A stretch of DNA of 64,000 nt. Origin: Stegostoma tigrinum. Its lineage: Eukaryota. The notes below the pieces were generated by a model that was not told the origin of the DNA, did not search any database, and saw only the letters and a list, made by a program, of their open reading frames with translations. The position numbers and the translations under genes are program-made. The stretch covers positions 41,162,182 through 41,226,181 of the forward strand of contig NC_081376.1 in assembly GCF_030684315.1 (NCBI RefSeq). The letters run 5' to 3'. Below are positions 40,044 through 52,900 of the stretch, in pieces (the stretch's first letter is position 1; every line of letters starts with the position of its first letter).

Positions 40044-41766
40044 CTTTTTAGGAAAGAAAAATGGACAAATGAACTGTACAAATTGATCAAAATCCATAAA
40101 CAGCTTTCATAAGTGAAACCTCACAACATAATTTGGAGAATAATTCAGTAAACAAAGTCAAACTACTTACATTTGTAAATAAAAGACAACTATACATGGT
40201 TATTGGTCCCAGCATCTTAAGTTGCTTAAAGTCAAAAAGCAGCACCTTGGGACATCATGATGTGAGCTGCAACCTGTTCTAAAATGTATTAGAGACTCAA
40301 AACACACAAATAGCATTCAAGCAGGCTTCTGAGATGGTTACTCATAGGGGCACATGATGTCTTTTTTACAGAGGCCAACAGAGTACTAGTCAACTCCATC
40401 TTTCCGTGCAATACTGATATCAGGGAATATATATTCAAAAATGCCTCACACCCTGGAGATGTCCTGGCTTACCTGTCAAGGAGTTTTATGAAACGATCTC
40501 TGGTAAGAGCAACATCAAAAGAAGGAAGGCAGGCCCAAGTATGTTACCCTACTAAAAATAATTTTAAGAACTCTCTTTTTGAGTGAATATTGCATAAAAG
40601 GGTGCATATCCAATTGTTCAAAAGGTCCCCTTAAAAGTTTTACTTCAGTACGCTCATTGTCAGGTTCTACAAGCAGTATCCAGCAGCTGGTTCTTAAATC
40701 TGCTGTTCAAAGAGTACACGAGTGGCAAAAAGCACATTCATGCATGCAAAGGAAGAACAAGTAGAATGTTTTGGTGAACCAACCACCAAAAAAAGGGCAG
40801 AATATGAAACAGCAATTAATTTCCTGACTGACACCCTGGATCCAATGGATGATTAAGCTTTTGTAGTATCATAAAGCTAAAATGTTAAGTCAAGATCTCT
40901 GAATAAGAGTAGACCAACAAAATAGCACTCAAATCTCACAGCACAGCAATTGCCAATAAAACCAGGTACTGAAGTACTAATTTCATGTCATAATTTACAT
41001 TTGTGGCTCAGACTGGTGAGTAATGAAATGACCTGAATTTGGTTCTAGATTACCATCCAGTGACCTAACAAGCAGCAATATTTACTTTGTATTTTTGATG
41101 CCAATCAAGGGGTGGAGCATTTCAGACAGAATCTGGCAGTGACATTCAAAGAAAGAATGAAATGACGTATGGTGAACTTAAGGATAATAAGGGAGAGAGA
41201 ACTGAGCAAGGGCAATGAGTATAGACAAGTCATATGAAAAAAATTTAGATGACATTGAGCTTTCACTGTTGAATAAAGGTTGTTATTTTTGCTCTATAGC
41301 TAACACAAGACAGCCAACTTGGTCAAGTATCAGAGTTGCCTAGACTTGCAAAACAAACCCAAAAGTAATTTATGAAAAATCTCCAAGACATTCCCCAGTA
41401 AAAATGAAAAGTTAACCCAGTTTAGAGGAAATTAAAACTCAGAAGTTGACAAATGATGCTGTGGTATGGGTTAGGTAATCAGAAAGGTGATAATCCTACA
41501 AATTTTGAAGGATTAAATCTAAAAATCTTGAACAAGTTAATCCTCATCTCCCCACATATGCAAATACAATGTCACGTGCAAAGGTGAAGAGTAAGGGTAT
41601 ACAAATGTTTGGAAAATGATCAACTGAATTAACTTCTATGCCTTTTGGTTGCTTAAGGTTATAGTATTGCAGAAAAAACATTAATAATGAAGCAAATTCA
41701 TTACTATAAATAGGTTATTTCCTTAAAAGGATTGCTTCATTTAAGCAAATTGCGTGTACTCCTTAC

Positions 41767-41943
41767 CCAGTATTTGCGAAAAATATCTGCATCCTCAGTT
41801 GTCGCGGTTTTCTCAGGGGAAATGGTGTGAATAAGTGGCAGAAATATTTCCGAGTAATCAAACAGGTAGAGATACAGCATGGTCAACCGTGGCGAGCTCT
41901 TCAGTGCATACAGCAGAAACAGTGACTTGCCTACATGCATTGC
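41767..41943 (-). CDS. BFAR: BFAR coding exon 5
   Basis: GKSLFLLYALKSSPRLTMLYLYLFDY; 177 nt; CAG/GTAAGG boundaries. Confidence 0.95.
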
Positions 41944-42279
41944 CTGAAAAAAAAATTTGGATTCAACGGCAGTTACAAAAACTGAATTTAGTTATTTCTA
42001 GGTAATTAAAACCATAAAAGAGGCCAATAAATCTGTCAGAATATAATCAGAGTCAAAAACTGTAACCCAAATGTTACTTTATTTGTAATCAATTTAAAGA
42101 AAACCACAGTACCTCATATGATGAGTTGCAAAATGCACTTCACATTGCACAATTACCTCTTTAGGTGCCAACATCAGATTAGCATATTTATATCACCCAT
42201 CATCAAAATCTTCATTCATTGCATACTAGGAGAGAAAAAAAAAAATCACTAACAGACTCTAAATTTCAAAAACAGTTAC

Positions 42280-42424
42280 CTTGTATTCCCATAAATTCTG
42301 AGGGGGTTTCACTCCAAGGGCTTTCACATTGTCCAATTCCATCAGTATGGCTTTTCTATGAAGCTCTCTCTCAATGTTGAAAGGAGGCTTTGAAAACTCT
42401 TCTTCACCTAGGGTCAATAATAGC
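42280..42424 (-). CDS. BFAR: BFAR coding exon 4 (SAM domain C-terminal part)
   Basis: LLLTLGEEEFSKPPF..ALGVKPPQNLWEYK; 145 nt. Confidence 0.95.
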
Positions 42425-43036
42425 CTGAAATATATTCAAAGGAAGAACAGAAAGTATTTGAATAATCTAGACAAGAGATTTTCAACAACATAATTGGCTA
42501 AATCTTGTCAAATTGGCTTCAATATTTTAACTATACTACACTGCTCTGGTGTAACTTTGTCTGAAAAGATTAAAAATCGGTTGCTTTTTTATAGATGAGA
42601 GTTAAATCTTAATTATTCAGAATCTTGCTACTTTGGATCCCCTTAATCCCCTAAATTCTAGATAAAAATGACCTGCTGAAAACCACTCACACTGGATGTG
42701 AATTGAATTCCAGACACCTAGGACTTTGATAGGGAAGACTTTGGCACAAAACACTTTTGGTGAGCAATGGAGATGGCTTCAGTGGGAAAGCAAATTTCCT
42801 GCATGAGTCTTCTATGACCAATAGTGCAAGACAAGTAGCTCAACAATCTAGACAGTTTAAGAGCTTACAGTTTGGATCAGAGATATATACTGCTTAGCTT
42901 CATGTATGATATAAAATTATAGGACAGAAACATCCTGAAGCTCCTCTCAATGCGATTAGAATTGCCAAAGGCCAGAGTCCATAACTGCACTAGGGGCAAT
43001 GAGCTTGCATCGCTGGATTTATCAGGTAAGCCTCAC

Positions 43037-43203
43037 CTTCCATTAACTTCTTCCTGTAAAAACCTTTCCTTGTAAACAGTAGCCCATTGGCCCAACTGCT
43101 CTAACCAGAGAGTCACTTCCTTTGCAGTCCATTTAGTCACAGGTTTGTGTACTAAAAGATCTTGTTCAGTTTCTCTGCTCCAGAGATAAACTAGAAACAC
43201 CAC
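43037..43203 (-). CDS. BFAR: BFAR coding exon 3 (SAM domain)
   Basis: DLLVHKPVTKWTAKEVTLWLEQLGQWA..VNG; TAG/GTGAGG boundaries. Confidence 0.95.
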
Positions 43204-43679
43204 CTAGAACAAGAAGCAGCCAAAAAACTTCAGTGCTAATGTCCCTGTAATAGCAATTTAAATAACATCACTATTTAAATGTCCTACCTCTAAGCATTCA
43301 TAACTTTGAACGCCCAGTAAGGTTTTGTTAAATATGTTACCACAAACTTAAAGGATTTATTGTTTAAAGCTGAAGAATACAGGAATTAGGTACACATGAA
43401 ACAGATAGTAATACAGTTCATAAAAAAAAAATCAAAGAGAGTCACTTTAAGCAGGGATTTTACCCGTGCGCTGATTTACCTATCATTTCCTTCCTCCCAT
43501 TCAAACACACTACAGAAAAATTCTGAGCTGAGCGCACAGATCCCTAGCCATCATTTACAAACTTTGTTAATTCACATTTGGAAATTTATCAGCGTTTGTG
43601 CAGAATCAAAAAGAACCAAAAGCAGAACATCAAATTCCACTGCAGTCAAGCCCACTTAATTGAAAATTAAATGTTCGGG

Positions 43680-45470
43680 AATAAAATCTTCAATGATAAA
43701 CCCCTTTCCTATGTTACTCAGAATGCAGTGGCAGGAATTTAAAGGGATAATTCAGAATGCTCAGAATAAGAAGAAAACTGTCAAAGGAGTGACCCACCAC
43801 CCATGGTTAAAGTAATTAGGAGTAAACTTGAAGAAAAAGCAGAAGTGTGCAAAGTGGCAGGTCACATGACCAGTCAGAATATAAAGAATGGCTGAAAATG
43901 ACTAAAATGTTAACCAGGACCAAAAAAATTAAAACACGAGAAAAACAAATGAGAAATGCAAAACCAGATAGCAAAAAAATGTCAACAAGGAAAACAGCAA
44001 ATGCAGGGTAGGTTCTCTGGAGGATAAGAATGGAGTGTCAACTGTAGATAAAGAAAAAGCCGTGAAATGAATAAGTATTTTGGTTTTTCTTCTTAGAATA
44101 GAATACCCATAAATTAGGAAGTTGAAGGAAGAGCGGAGCTTGGCAAAATTAGAACCACCAGGAAAATGGTAGAGTAAACTGAATGAGTGGAGAATAATTT
44201 CCAATGGTCTTAAAAGAGGTAGCTAATGAGATGGTTGATCTGTTGGTGTTAAATCTCCTAAAATTCATTTCACGGAGGACATATTTCATGAGACTAGAAA
44301 GCAGTAAATATAACCCTTTAACAAGAAGGGAGGCAGGAAACAGGAAACTAAAGACCGATTATCTCGATGTCTGAAACGGGGAAGGTTTTAGAATCAATCA
44401 ACACGGTTCTAACTGTGCACGTGGGATAGTCAGGATCATTTTCTGAAAGCGAGACTGATCTATTGCAATCCTTTGAATGAGTAAAGTGTGCTGTGAAGAA
44501 AGGGAATTCCATTGATGTGACATACTTGAATTTCTAGGTGATGATGCGAAAGGAAAAGTAGGACCTCGTGGTATAGAAGTAAAATGCTAAACATGGATAG
44601 AAGTTTTGGCTTGCAGAAAAGACAGTATGCACAGAACAGTCATATTTTGATTGACAGGATGTGACAAGCAAGTCCTACAGACAGCCTGGGCTGGGCCCTC
44701 TTTTTACAATTTATATAATGATTCAGCTGCAGGAAACAAAGGCATAGTGGTTAAATTTGTACATAACAAACATACGTGGGCAATTATGTTGAGAAGATCA
44801 TATAATCTCTCCATTATTGATGCGCATCCTTTTTAATTGATTGGGCAAAGATCTAATAGATGAGGGAATATGGAAAAATGTGAAGTTGTTCACTTTGGCA
44901 GGAAGAATAAAAAAACAGAGTTTATTTAATTTGAAAACAACTGCAGAATTCAGGAGGTGCAACGGGATCTAGGTGCTCTACTGCATAACCACAAAACATT
45001 GGGACGCAAATGCCTTGGAGGTGGCTTTCTAGATTGATTGAACAAGTCAGCCTAGGATGAAAGATTGGACAGGCTGGGTTTAGTTTCACCGGAGTTTAGA
45101 AGAGTGAGGGATGATTTGCTTAGAGTTATAAGCATGGTTAAGACAAAAGTAGATGTGGAAAGCAGGTTTCCTATTGTGAACAAGTCTGAAACCTGGGAAT
45201 GCAGTTTAAAACTAGGGGGTCAATATTTTAATGCAGAGACAAAGACAAATGTTTTCACTCAAAGAAATGCATGACTTTGGAATACAGCCCCAAATGAAAG
45301 TAGAAACAAGGCCATCGAATATTTTTAAGACAGATGTGGCTAGACTCTTATTAGGCAAGGGAATTAAAGACAATTTCAGGGCAGATGGAAATTTGGAATT
45401 TAGAACAGACAGTGACCTAATTGGATGGCTAAGGAGACTTGAAGGGTCGAATGGCCTTGTTCTTTTGAGC
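43680..45470 (+). mobile_element. Ancient CR1 ORF2 fossil in a BFAR intron
   Basis: Decayed motifs KCEVVHFGRKN, LGLVSPEFRRVRDDL and IFKTDVARLL. Confidence 0.7.
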
Positions 45471-46106
45471 TAGCTAACCAATTCAATGACATTTCATCTT
45501 ATCAAGTGCCATGGTCCTGAAACTTGACAACTGATGTGGCAGGTGCTTATATGTGGATAAGCTAGGTCAGATATTGTGCAAATAAGGAAAACACTGCTTT
45601 TAAAATGAGGCTCTCTTTACATTTAACAATATCAATGCCAAATGAGCAAAAAAAGTTGCTAACCTCAGTTAAGTTTGGTGTTTAACAGCCTTTTAAAAAT
45701 TTGTACTGAACCCTAATTTATATATTGTAGTTGCAATTAAATTTCCATACTACTGATGCAGTTTAAAAACAGATGAAAGATTAGTTTTTTTTTAAATTAA
45801 CAAAATTACATGGAAAAAAATCATTACTCCTTGAACAATTCTCCAAAGCAGAATCGGTTTGTTTACTTAGTAGAGGACACCCAAAGTGGAAAGGGGTACT
45901 AACATTTTTCTACCAATTAAAGAAACTTATAAAAACAGATTTACTGCAGCATGTACACTTTAGCAATCAAATCAAGAGAGTGGCACGTGTCATTGATTTA
46001 GAGTACCTTCAGAGTACAAACCAAAGGTGATTTAACTAGTTAACCGCAGCATAAGATGATACAAACACCACAAACCAGTATAACAGAACCATGAATAGAT
46101 ACTTAC

Positions 46107-46305
46107 TGCCACACAAGTTAGAGAAGTTAGTACTCCTGAGAAAAAGCCACCTCCTTGTCGCCATTGCCCCGAGTTGTTGATAGCTTTTGATTGTTCATTA
46201 CCATATTTCTGGAAAGCCAAAATGCTACTTGAGATTTTTATGTTGTTCTGCATCTCCTTTTGTCGTCGTTTAACATCATTAGGGAACAATTTCTCAACAG
46301 CATCC
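46107..46305 (-). CDS. BFAR: BFAR coding exon 2
   Basis: DAVEKLFP..AFQKYGN..GGGFFSGVLTSLTCVA; CAG/GTAAGT boundaries. Confidence 0.95.
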
Positions 46306-47911
46306 CTGGAAAGTCGTGGTGGGATGGGGATTAGGAAAACAGGACAAGACAAATATACACATGACCCCGAGACACCTGAATATTTAATGTTGTTCCTCCC
46401 CATCATTTAAAAACAAACAGAAGTCCCAGCTAAAGGGGGAAAACAGGCAAAGTTGAGGTCTTCACAAAGGCTGAAAGTAGTAAGTCAAGTAGTAACTAGT
46501 ATGAGTAAGAATAAATATTGAAAAACCTGTTGGGTGATTAGTTGTAAAATAGGTAAGAATTAGTTAGCGTGCAACCTAGAAAGGGGCAATTTTAATTTTA
46601 ACAAGTTCCTCATCTTCTAAATGGCTCACTGGTAAACTTACTCTTATGAAATTGAGTCAAATAGATTTCAATTCTTGGCCTGAGCCGCATTCAAAATTTA
46701 AGCTAAGGCTCCAACAATCGGCTGCAGATCATTATCTGAACACTTCCCCCAACAGGAAAATTCCAAGCTTTATCACAGATTAGAGGTAAAAGGCTCAGTT
46801 GTTACATCTTTGACAGTTTAAAAAGAGTCTGTTGAAGCTCACTGCTTAGGCTTAAAATTTCAATAGTGGTCAATTAGACCAAGACCTGGAGGGAACCTGG
46901 TGCCCATGCAACTTTGGCCCAGCTGCAATCAACATTATCAGGAGACGACAGGTGAAAAGTAATTGAAGGAAAGAGTCCTCAATGTAAAATTACAAAACTT
47001 GTAAGTAATCAAATAATCTAACATTTATACATTTCTGAATTAGTCCACCATTCAACTTTTTACCAAAATAAAAATAAATTAAAATAGTTAGCCCAAGAAG
47101 AAAACTTAAAAATTGTTAGAAAGATTACGTTGCATACACTTAGAACAATATCTATTTTTCTACGGATGCTTTTTTGAAATGAAACGGAAAAAGCCTGTTA
47201 CACTACCCCCCACCAGTCTGAAAGACAGATCAAGGAAAAGCTGGTACAAAATCAAATTAAGCAGGGGAAAACGTCAAGAACAGTGAAGAGGAGACTCGTT
47301 CATGAGACTAATAATTTCAATGTCCAACTTCAACATTTCACTCCATTCGAATTCCCTGCAAGGAAATAACAGCAATGTACCTCACAATTGCAGATACTGC
47401 AAACAAGATGGTTCTTCTCATTTTATTTTTGCACATGATTCTGGCATTGCTGGCGAGCCCAACATTTGTTGCCCATACCCAAATGCCCTTGATTTAAATA
47501 GGCATTTTAGAGTTAATTATGAGCAATTATGAGTGAAGCACATTACTGGAAGGAGCAGTGAACCAGATGGTTTTTATTTAAAAATGCCAACTGATGGTCA
47601 TTTCATGGCTCGGACCTTGACAGTAGCCTTATAATCCAAATTATCCAATTTTACTAGCTGCGGCAGAATGTGAACGTCTCCAAGTCATTCAATTTGGCTT
47701 GTGGATATTACCACTATCCCACCACTTCCTACCCGAGAGTTCGCAGGTGGGATTTTAGTTAAAGAAAGCACTTGAAAAAAGTGCAAAGAATCGGATCAAG
47801 ACTTGCAAAAGTTACCTAAGAGTATAACAATAATAATAAAAAATTGAAGATGGTGTAACAGCTAGAGCTTTGTTAATTATATACTATATGTGAAAGAAAC
47901 GAACTTACTTT

Positions 47912-49233
47912 TTACCATACCTCACCTTCCTGGACCCCTCAGTCTCCATCTCAGGTAACCAGCTAGAAAGTGATTTCCATTTCAAGCCCACTGATTCCCA
48001 CAGCTACCTAGAATACACCTCCTCCCACCCACCCTCCTGCAAAAATTCCATCCCCTATTCCCAATTCCTCCGCCTCTGCCGCATCTGCTCCCACGATAAG
48101 GCATTCCACTCCCGCACATCCCAGATGTCCACGTTCTTCAAGGAGCGCAACTTTCCCCCCCGCAGTGGTCAAGAACGCCCTTGACCGCGTCTCCCGCATT
48201 TCCCGCAACACATCCCTCACACCCGGCCCCCGCCACAACCGCCCCCAGAGGATCCCCCTCGTTCTCACATACAACCCCAATCTCTGGATTCAACGTATCA
48301 TCCTCCGACAGTTCCGCCATCTACAATCCGACCCCACCACCCAAGCCATTTTTCCATCCCCACCCTTGTCTGCCTTCCAGAGAGACCACTCTCTCCGCAA
48401 CTCCCTTGCCCGCTCCACACTCCCCTCCAACCCCCGCGCACCCAGCACCTTCCCCTGCAACCACAGGAAGTGCTACACTTGCCACCACACCACCTCCCTC
48501 ACCCCCATCCCAGGCCCCAAGATGACCTTGCATATCAAGCAGATGTTCACCTACACATCTGCCAATGTGGAATCCTGTATCCATTGTACCCAGTGTGGCT
48601 TCCTCTACATTGGGGAAATCAAGCAGAGGCTTGGGGACCGCTTTGCAGAACACCTCCGCTCAGTTCGCAACAAACTGCACCTCCCAGTCGCGAACCATTT
48701 CAACTCCCCCCTCCCATTCCTCAGACGACATGTCCATCATGGGCCTCCTGCAGTGCCACAATGATGCCACCTGAAGGTTGCAGGAACAGCAACTCATATT
48801 CCGCTTGGGAACCCTGCAGCCCAATGGTATCAATGTGGACTTCACAAGCTTCAAAATCTCCCCTTCCCCCACTGCATCCCAAAGACAGCCCAGCCTGTCT
48901 CTGCTTCCCTAACCTGTTCTTCCTCTCACCCATCCCTTCCGCCCACCTCAAGCCGCACTTCTATTTCCTACCTACCACCTCATCCCGCCTCCTCGACCTG
49001 TCCGTCTTCCTTGGACTGACCTATTCCCTCCCTACCTCCTCACCTATACTCTCCTCTCCACCTATCTTGTTTTCTCTCCATCTTTGGTCCGCCTCCCCGT
49101 CTCCCTATTTATTCCAGTTCCCGCTCCGCATCCCCCTCTTTGAAGAAGGGTCTAGGCCCGAAACGTCAGCTTTTGTGCTCCTGAGATGCTGCTTGGCCTG
49201 CTGTGTTCATCCAGCTACACACTTTGTTATCTT
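47912..49233 (+). mobile_element. Penelope-like element (Neptune-type), 5'-truncated: RT C-terminus, Cys linker, GIY-YIG endonuclease and terminal repeat
   Basis: IPYSQFLRLCRICS, CNHRKCYTC and CIHCTQCGFLYIGEIKQRLGDRFAEH; hammerhead-like motif at 49140-49170; candidate TSD gaa(c/t)ttacttt. Confidence 0.9.
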
Positions 49234-49389
49234 GAATTTACTTTGGTAATGTTCATGTACAATTTGTAAAAGAAAAGCACTTGCATATATTGAATATAAA
49301 AGTAGTTTTTTTTAAAAAGCAATTTCATGACCAGTACCATCACAGGATCATTAAGATTAGTACAAAGACAACTATTTTCAATTGATATT

Positions 49390-49555
49390 GAGTTTTGAGA
49401 AGATTTGTAGCTCAGGTTGAGGTTCTGGATGGGAGTTTTCTCGCTGAGCTGGAAGGTTAGTTTTCAGACCTTTCGTTGGAGGCTCACTGATGTTACCTAG
49501 AATGGTGACGAAACATCTGAAAACTAACCTTCCAGCTCAGTGAGCAAACTCACAT
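49390..49555. mobile_element. Short PLE (Poseidon-type) fold-back insertion
   Basis: 11-bp TSD caattgatatt at 49379-49389 and 49556-49566; inverted terminal-repeat halves. Confidence 0.8.
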
Positions 49556-49584
49556 CAATTGATATTTTTGAAAGATCTTTCTTT

Positions 49585-50324
49585 ACGAGTTTTGAGAAGA
49601 TTTGTAGCTCAGGTTGAGGTTCCGGATGTGAGTTTGCTCGCTGACTTGAAGGTTAGTTTTCAGACCTTTCGTCACCATTCTAGGTAACATCAGTGAGCCT
49701 CCGAAGCGCTGGTGTTATGTCCCGCTTTCTATTTATCTGGTTAGGTTTCCTTGGGTTGGTGATGTCATTTCCTGTTCTTTTTCTCAGGGGATGGTAAATT
49801 GGCTCCAAGTCAATGTGTTTGTTGATGGAATTCCGGTTGGAATGCCATGCTTCTCGGAATTCTCGTGCATGTCTGTTTGGCTTGTCCTAGGATGGATGTG
49901 TTGTCCTAATCAACGTGGTGTCCTTCCTTATCCGTACGTAAGGATACGAGTGATAGTGGGTCAATGAACATCGACATGACCCACTATCACTCGTATCTTT
50001 ACATACAGATAAAGGAAGGACACCACTTTGATTGGGACAACACATCCATCCTAGGACAAGCCAAACAGACATGCACGAGAATTCCTAGAAGCATGGCATT
50101 CCAACCGGAATTCCATCAACAAACACATTGACTTGGAGCCAACTTACCATCCCCTGAGAAAAAGAACAGGAAATGACATCACCAACCCAAGGAAACCTAA
50201 CCAGATAAATAGAAAGCGGGACATAACACCAGCGCTTCGTCAGAGGCTCACTGATGATGTTACCTAGAATGGTGACGAAACGTCTGAAAACTAACCTTCC
50301 AGTTCAGCGAGCAAACTCACATCC
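49585..50324. mobile_element. Palindromic PLE insertion (two inverted 3' ends)
   Basis: 12-bp TSD agatctttcttt at 49573-49584 and 50325-50336; arms 49624-49963 / 49977-50324; 13-nt spacer; EFLEAWHS endonuclease tail. Confidence 0.9.
50248..50287 (+). ncRNA. Intact-looking minimal type I hammerhead ribozyme motif
   Basis: UCA-CUGAUGA-U-GUUACC-uagaau-GGUGAC-GAAA-CGUC|UGA: 6-bp stem II, 3-bp stem I and palindromic ACGU stem III. Confidence 0.7.
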
Positions 50325-50910
50325 AGATCTTTCTTTGTATTTCTAAGACTGTTTCCAGGGTAATTAGTGGACAAAAAAAATTGTACAAAATTCAGAACTT
50401 TGCAATACAGACAGTATACATAGTAACGAGCAGAACATTGTGTTTTGAACTTTTTATCCACAGAGCTAGGAGAATAAAACATTTTACCCGTGGTCATTAA
50501 TGATAATTAGCCAAGGCAAGAAGGTGACCATAATATATAGTGACAGCAGCACCACAACAATTTGGCTGTGGTTTTGGCTACCAATAAATGTGTAGGAGTT
50601 TTATATTGACAAAATCCAAATATGTCACTGCAACAGTCAACATTTCACTAACCAGCTAAAACTAAGCTAAGTAAACACCACTGTGAACTGTGTTGAGAAA
50701 TACCAGTCCTGCAAGCAAACACAAACACTTGGAAAAACTTAAATGATTGCACATTCCCACTTAAAATCCAAAAGTAAAAATAATTATTTTTGAAATTAAT
50801 TATGTAATTATACATAACCTTTTGTTACGTTCAATAAGAGTTCATTTCTTTTTATTCTTAGCATCTGAAAGACATTTCAAAGACAAGGTGCATTCAAAGT
50901 TTGATAGTAC

Positions 50911-51188
50911 CTTAAGACAATGTTAACTTTAGGAAATCCTTCCCATTTTTCTCTGCATTCTGGACATTCTGTTTTCCTGGAAGCGTCCCACCATAGTGCC
51001 AAACAATGTCGACAGAAACTATGTCCACAGTTTAGAGTGGTTGGGTTTACTAATATTTCGTAACAGCAATGGCAGGAAAATTCGTTGGCAGACAGCTGAC
51101 AGGACGGTTCCGGTAATGAACTATTCTCCAGCAGCTCCCACTGTTGCTTGTACTTTTGCCTATTAAGGAATCCCACGTCACCCTCCAT
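50911..51188 (-). CDS. BFAR: BFAR first coding exon (RING finger)
   Basis: EFSCHCCYEILVNPTTLNCGHSFCRHCLALWW..CPECREKWEGFPKV; acceptor at ~51243 implies a separate non-coding exon 1. Confidence 0.95.
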
Positions 51189-51314
51189 TTGATCACAAGA
51201 GAAGCTCCATAGGCTTGATTTTCATAGCACAGCATCTAGAAACTGTATTGAAAAGTGTACATTACAAAACATATTTTCATTATCAACTACAGGAAACGAC
51301 ATCACTTGTTTCAA

Positions 51315-52900
51315 CATCAACTTGCATTTATAGAGAAGACCTTTAAAGTAATAAAACATCCAAAGACACTATGACTGGGGGATTATCAAACAAAACTGGG
51401 GACTTTGCCACATACTAAGGCAACCAAAATTTTGGTGAAAGATGCAGGTTTTAATGACCATCTCCAAAGGAGAAAAGTTGGGCAATGAAGATGGAAGGAG
51501 GAAAATTCCATATCTTAACAGCATGAGTACCAATAACAGTGATAAAAATCAGGGGTGCACAAGAACCTCAAATGGCAAAGCAGAGGGGTGACAGGTGGGT
51601 AATACATAGCTGGAGAAGACCACAACAACAGGGAGAAGTGAGACCAATCAGGGTACTGAAAACAAAGATGAGAATTTTCAAATGCAATTTCTACTTACCC
51701 AAGAGCCAGTGTAAGTCAGCAAACCCAAAGAAGATGGCAGTGCAATTTGTTTACAGTTGGAACACAGCAGCAGAGTTTTGGATGATCTCAAGCTTATGGA
51801 GGGTAGAAAGTGGGAAGCTGGCCATGAATGCATTGGAATAGTCACGTCTGGACTAAAAGGCACAGATAGAAAGATGAGCTGGTCAAAGATGAAATCAGGC
51901 AATGTTAAAAATGTACAGATAAGCAAACTTATTGGTGACACAGAAGGTGATGACCAAAATTTCATCTTTGGGTTAAAATGCAATACTAGGGCTCTGAACA
52001 GACTGCTTTATGCTCAGAAAATTGCCAGGGAGAGGGATGATGTTAGTGAAAAGGGAACAGCTTTCACGAAGGCAGCGGAAGACAATGGCTTTCATCAACA
52101 GTTAGTTGAGCAAAATATCTTCATACCCCATAATGGATGCCAGACAAAGTAGACACTTCACAGACAGCAGGGGAATCAATAAGTGAGCTACAGCTGGATA
52201 TTGGCAGTCTAATTGTGGAAACCAGACTTTGCTGATTTAGTCATGAGCAGTATGTTGACAGGCAGAGGAAGAGAAACCATTGTAGGTGATTTCCTGACTC
52301 AGTGGACAAATGACAAACAGGTTCAAGTACGGTCTTAGACAGACAGATGGTAGTGGAGACACATCGACTAGTCTGCAGATTTTATGTCAAAGTATAATTT
52401 ACCTTAGTGAAAATGATGTAGAATGTGCTTTTGATGGGAGTTATTTCAGTTCAGCGACAGAGACAGAAATCCAAGTAGAGAAATTTTGACATCAGGTTTT
52501 GCAAAAACACGGGCACAGACTTGGGACAACTAAAGAAAACCAGGTTAAAGCTTGGTTACCTTGCAAAGATGGAGTGATTAAGGGTTTTTTAAAAAATGGA
52601 GAGGGTAATGACTGCCAATTTGAAGGCGAAGGGAACAATACTGTATTGAGGAGACAGAACTATTAATAAACTTGCCTTCTTGGGTCCCATTTTAGCTGCT
52701 ACGTAGTCAGAAGTTTCCCAAGAACAGGATCGAGAACAAGTGCTACACAAGAATTTGAGGGAAAGTGGGAGAGATACGAACCTTGCACAAACCTCGAACC
52801 AGAGTGGGAGGTAACAGTGTAGGTAGCTGATTGGATGATCTTGATCTTTGCAAGAAAAAAATCCACATACTCCTCATTTTTTTTTGGAATGAGTAAAACA
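51315..52900 (-). mobile_element. Ancient L2-like LINE fossil
   Basis: Starts caacttgcatttata..cctttaa..aaaacatccaaag, resembling the reverse complement of an L2 3' end; purine-rich decayed body. Confidence 0.5.

Noticed and set aside
48470-49249. 259-aa ORF and overlapping antisense ORFs
   Set aside because: Alternative frames of a C-rich PLE; no independent gene signal
49390-50324. CRISPR-like or DNA-transposon TIR interpretation of the repeats
   Set aside because: Eukaryotic DNA with no spacer array; the arms contain PLE endonuclease sequence and TSD lengths vary, consistent with retrotransposition
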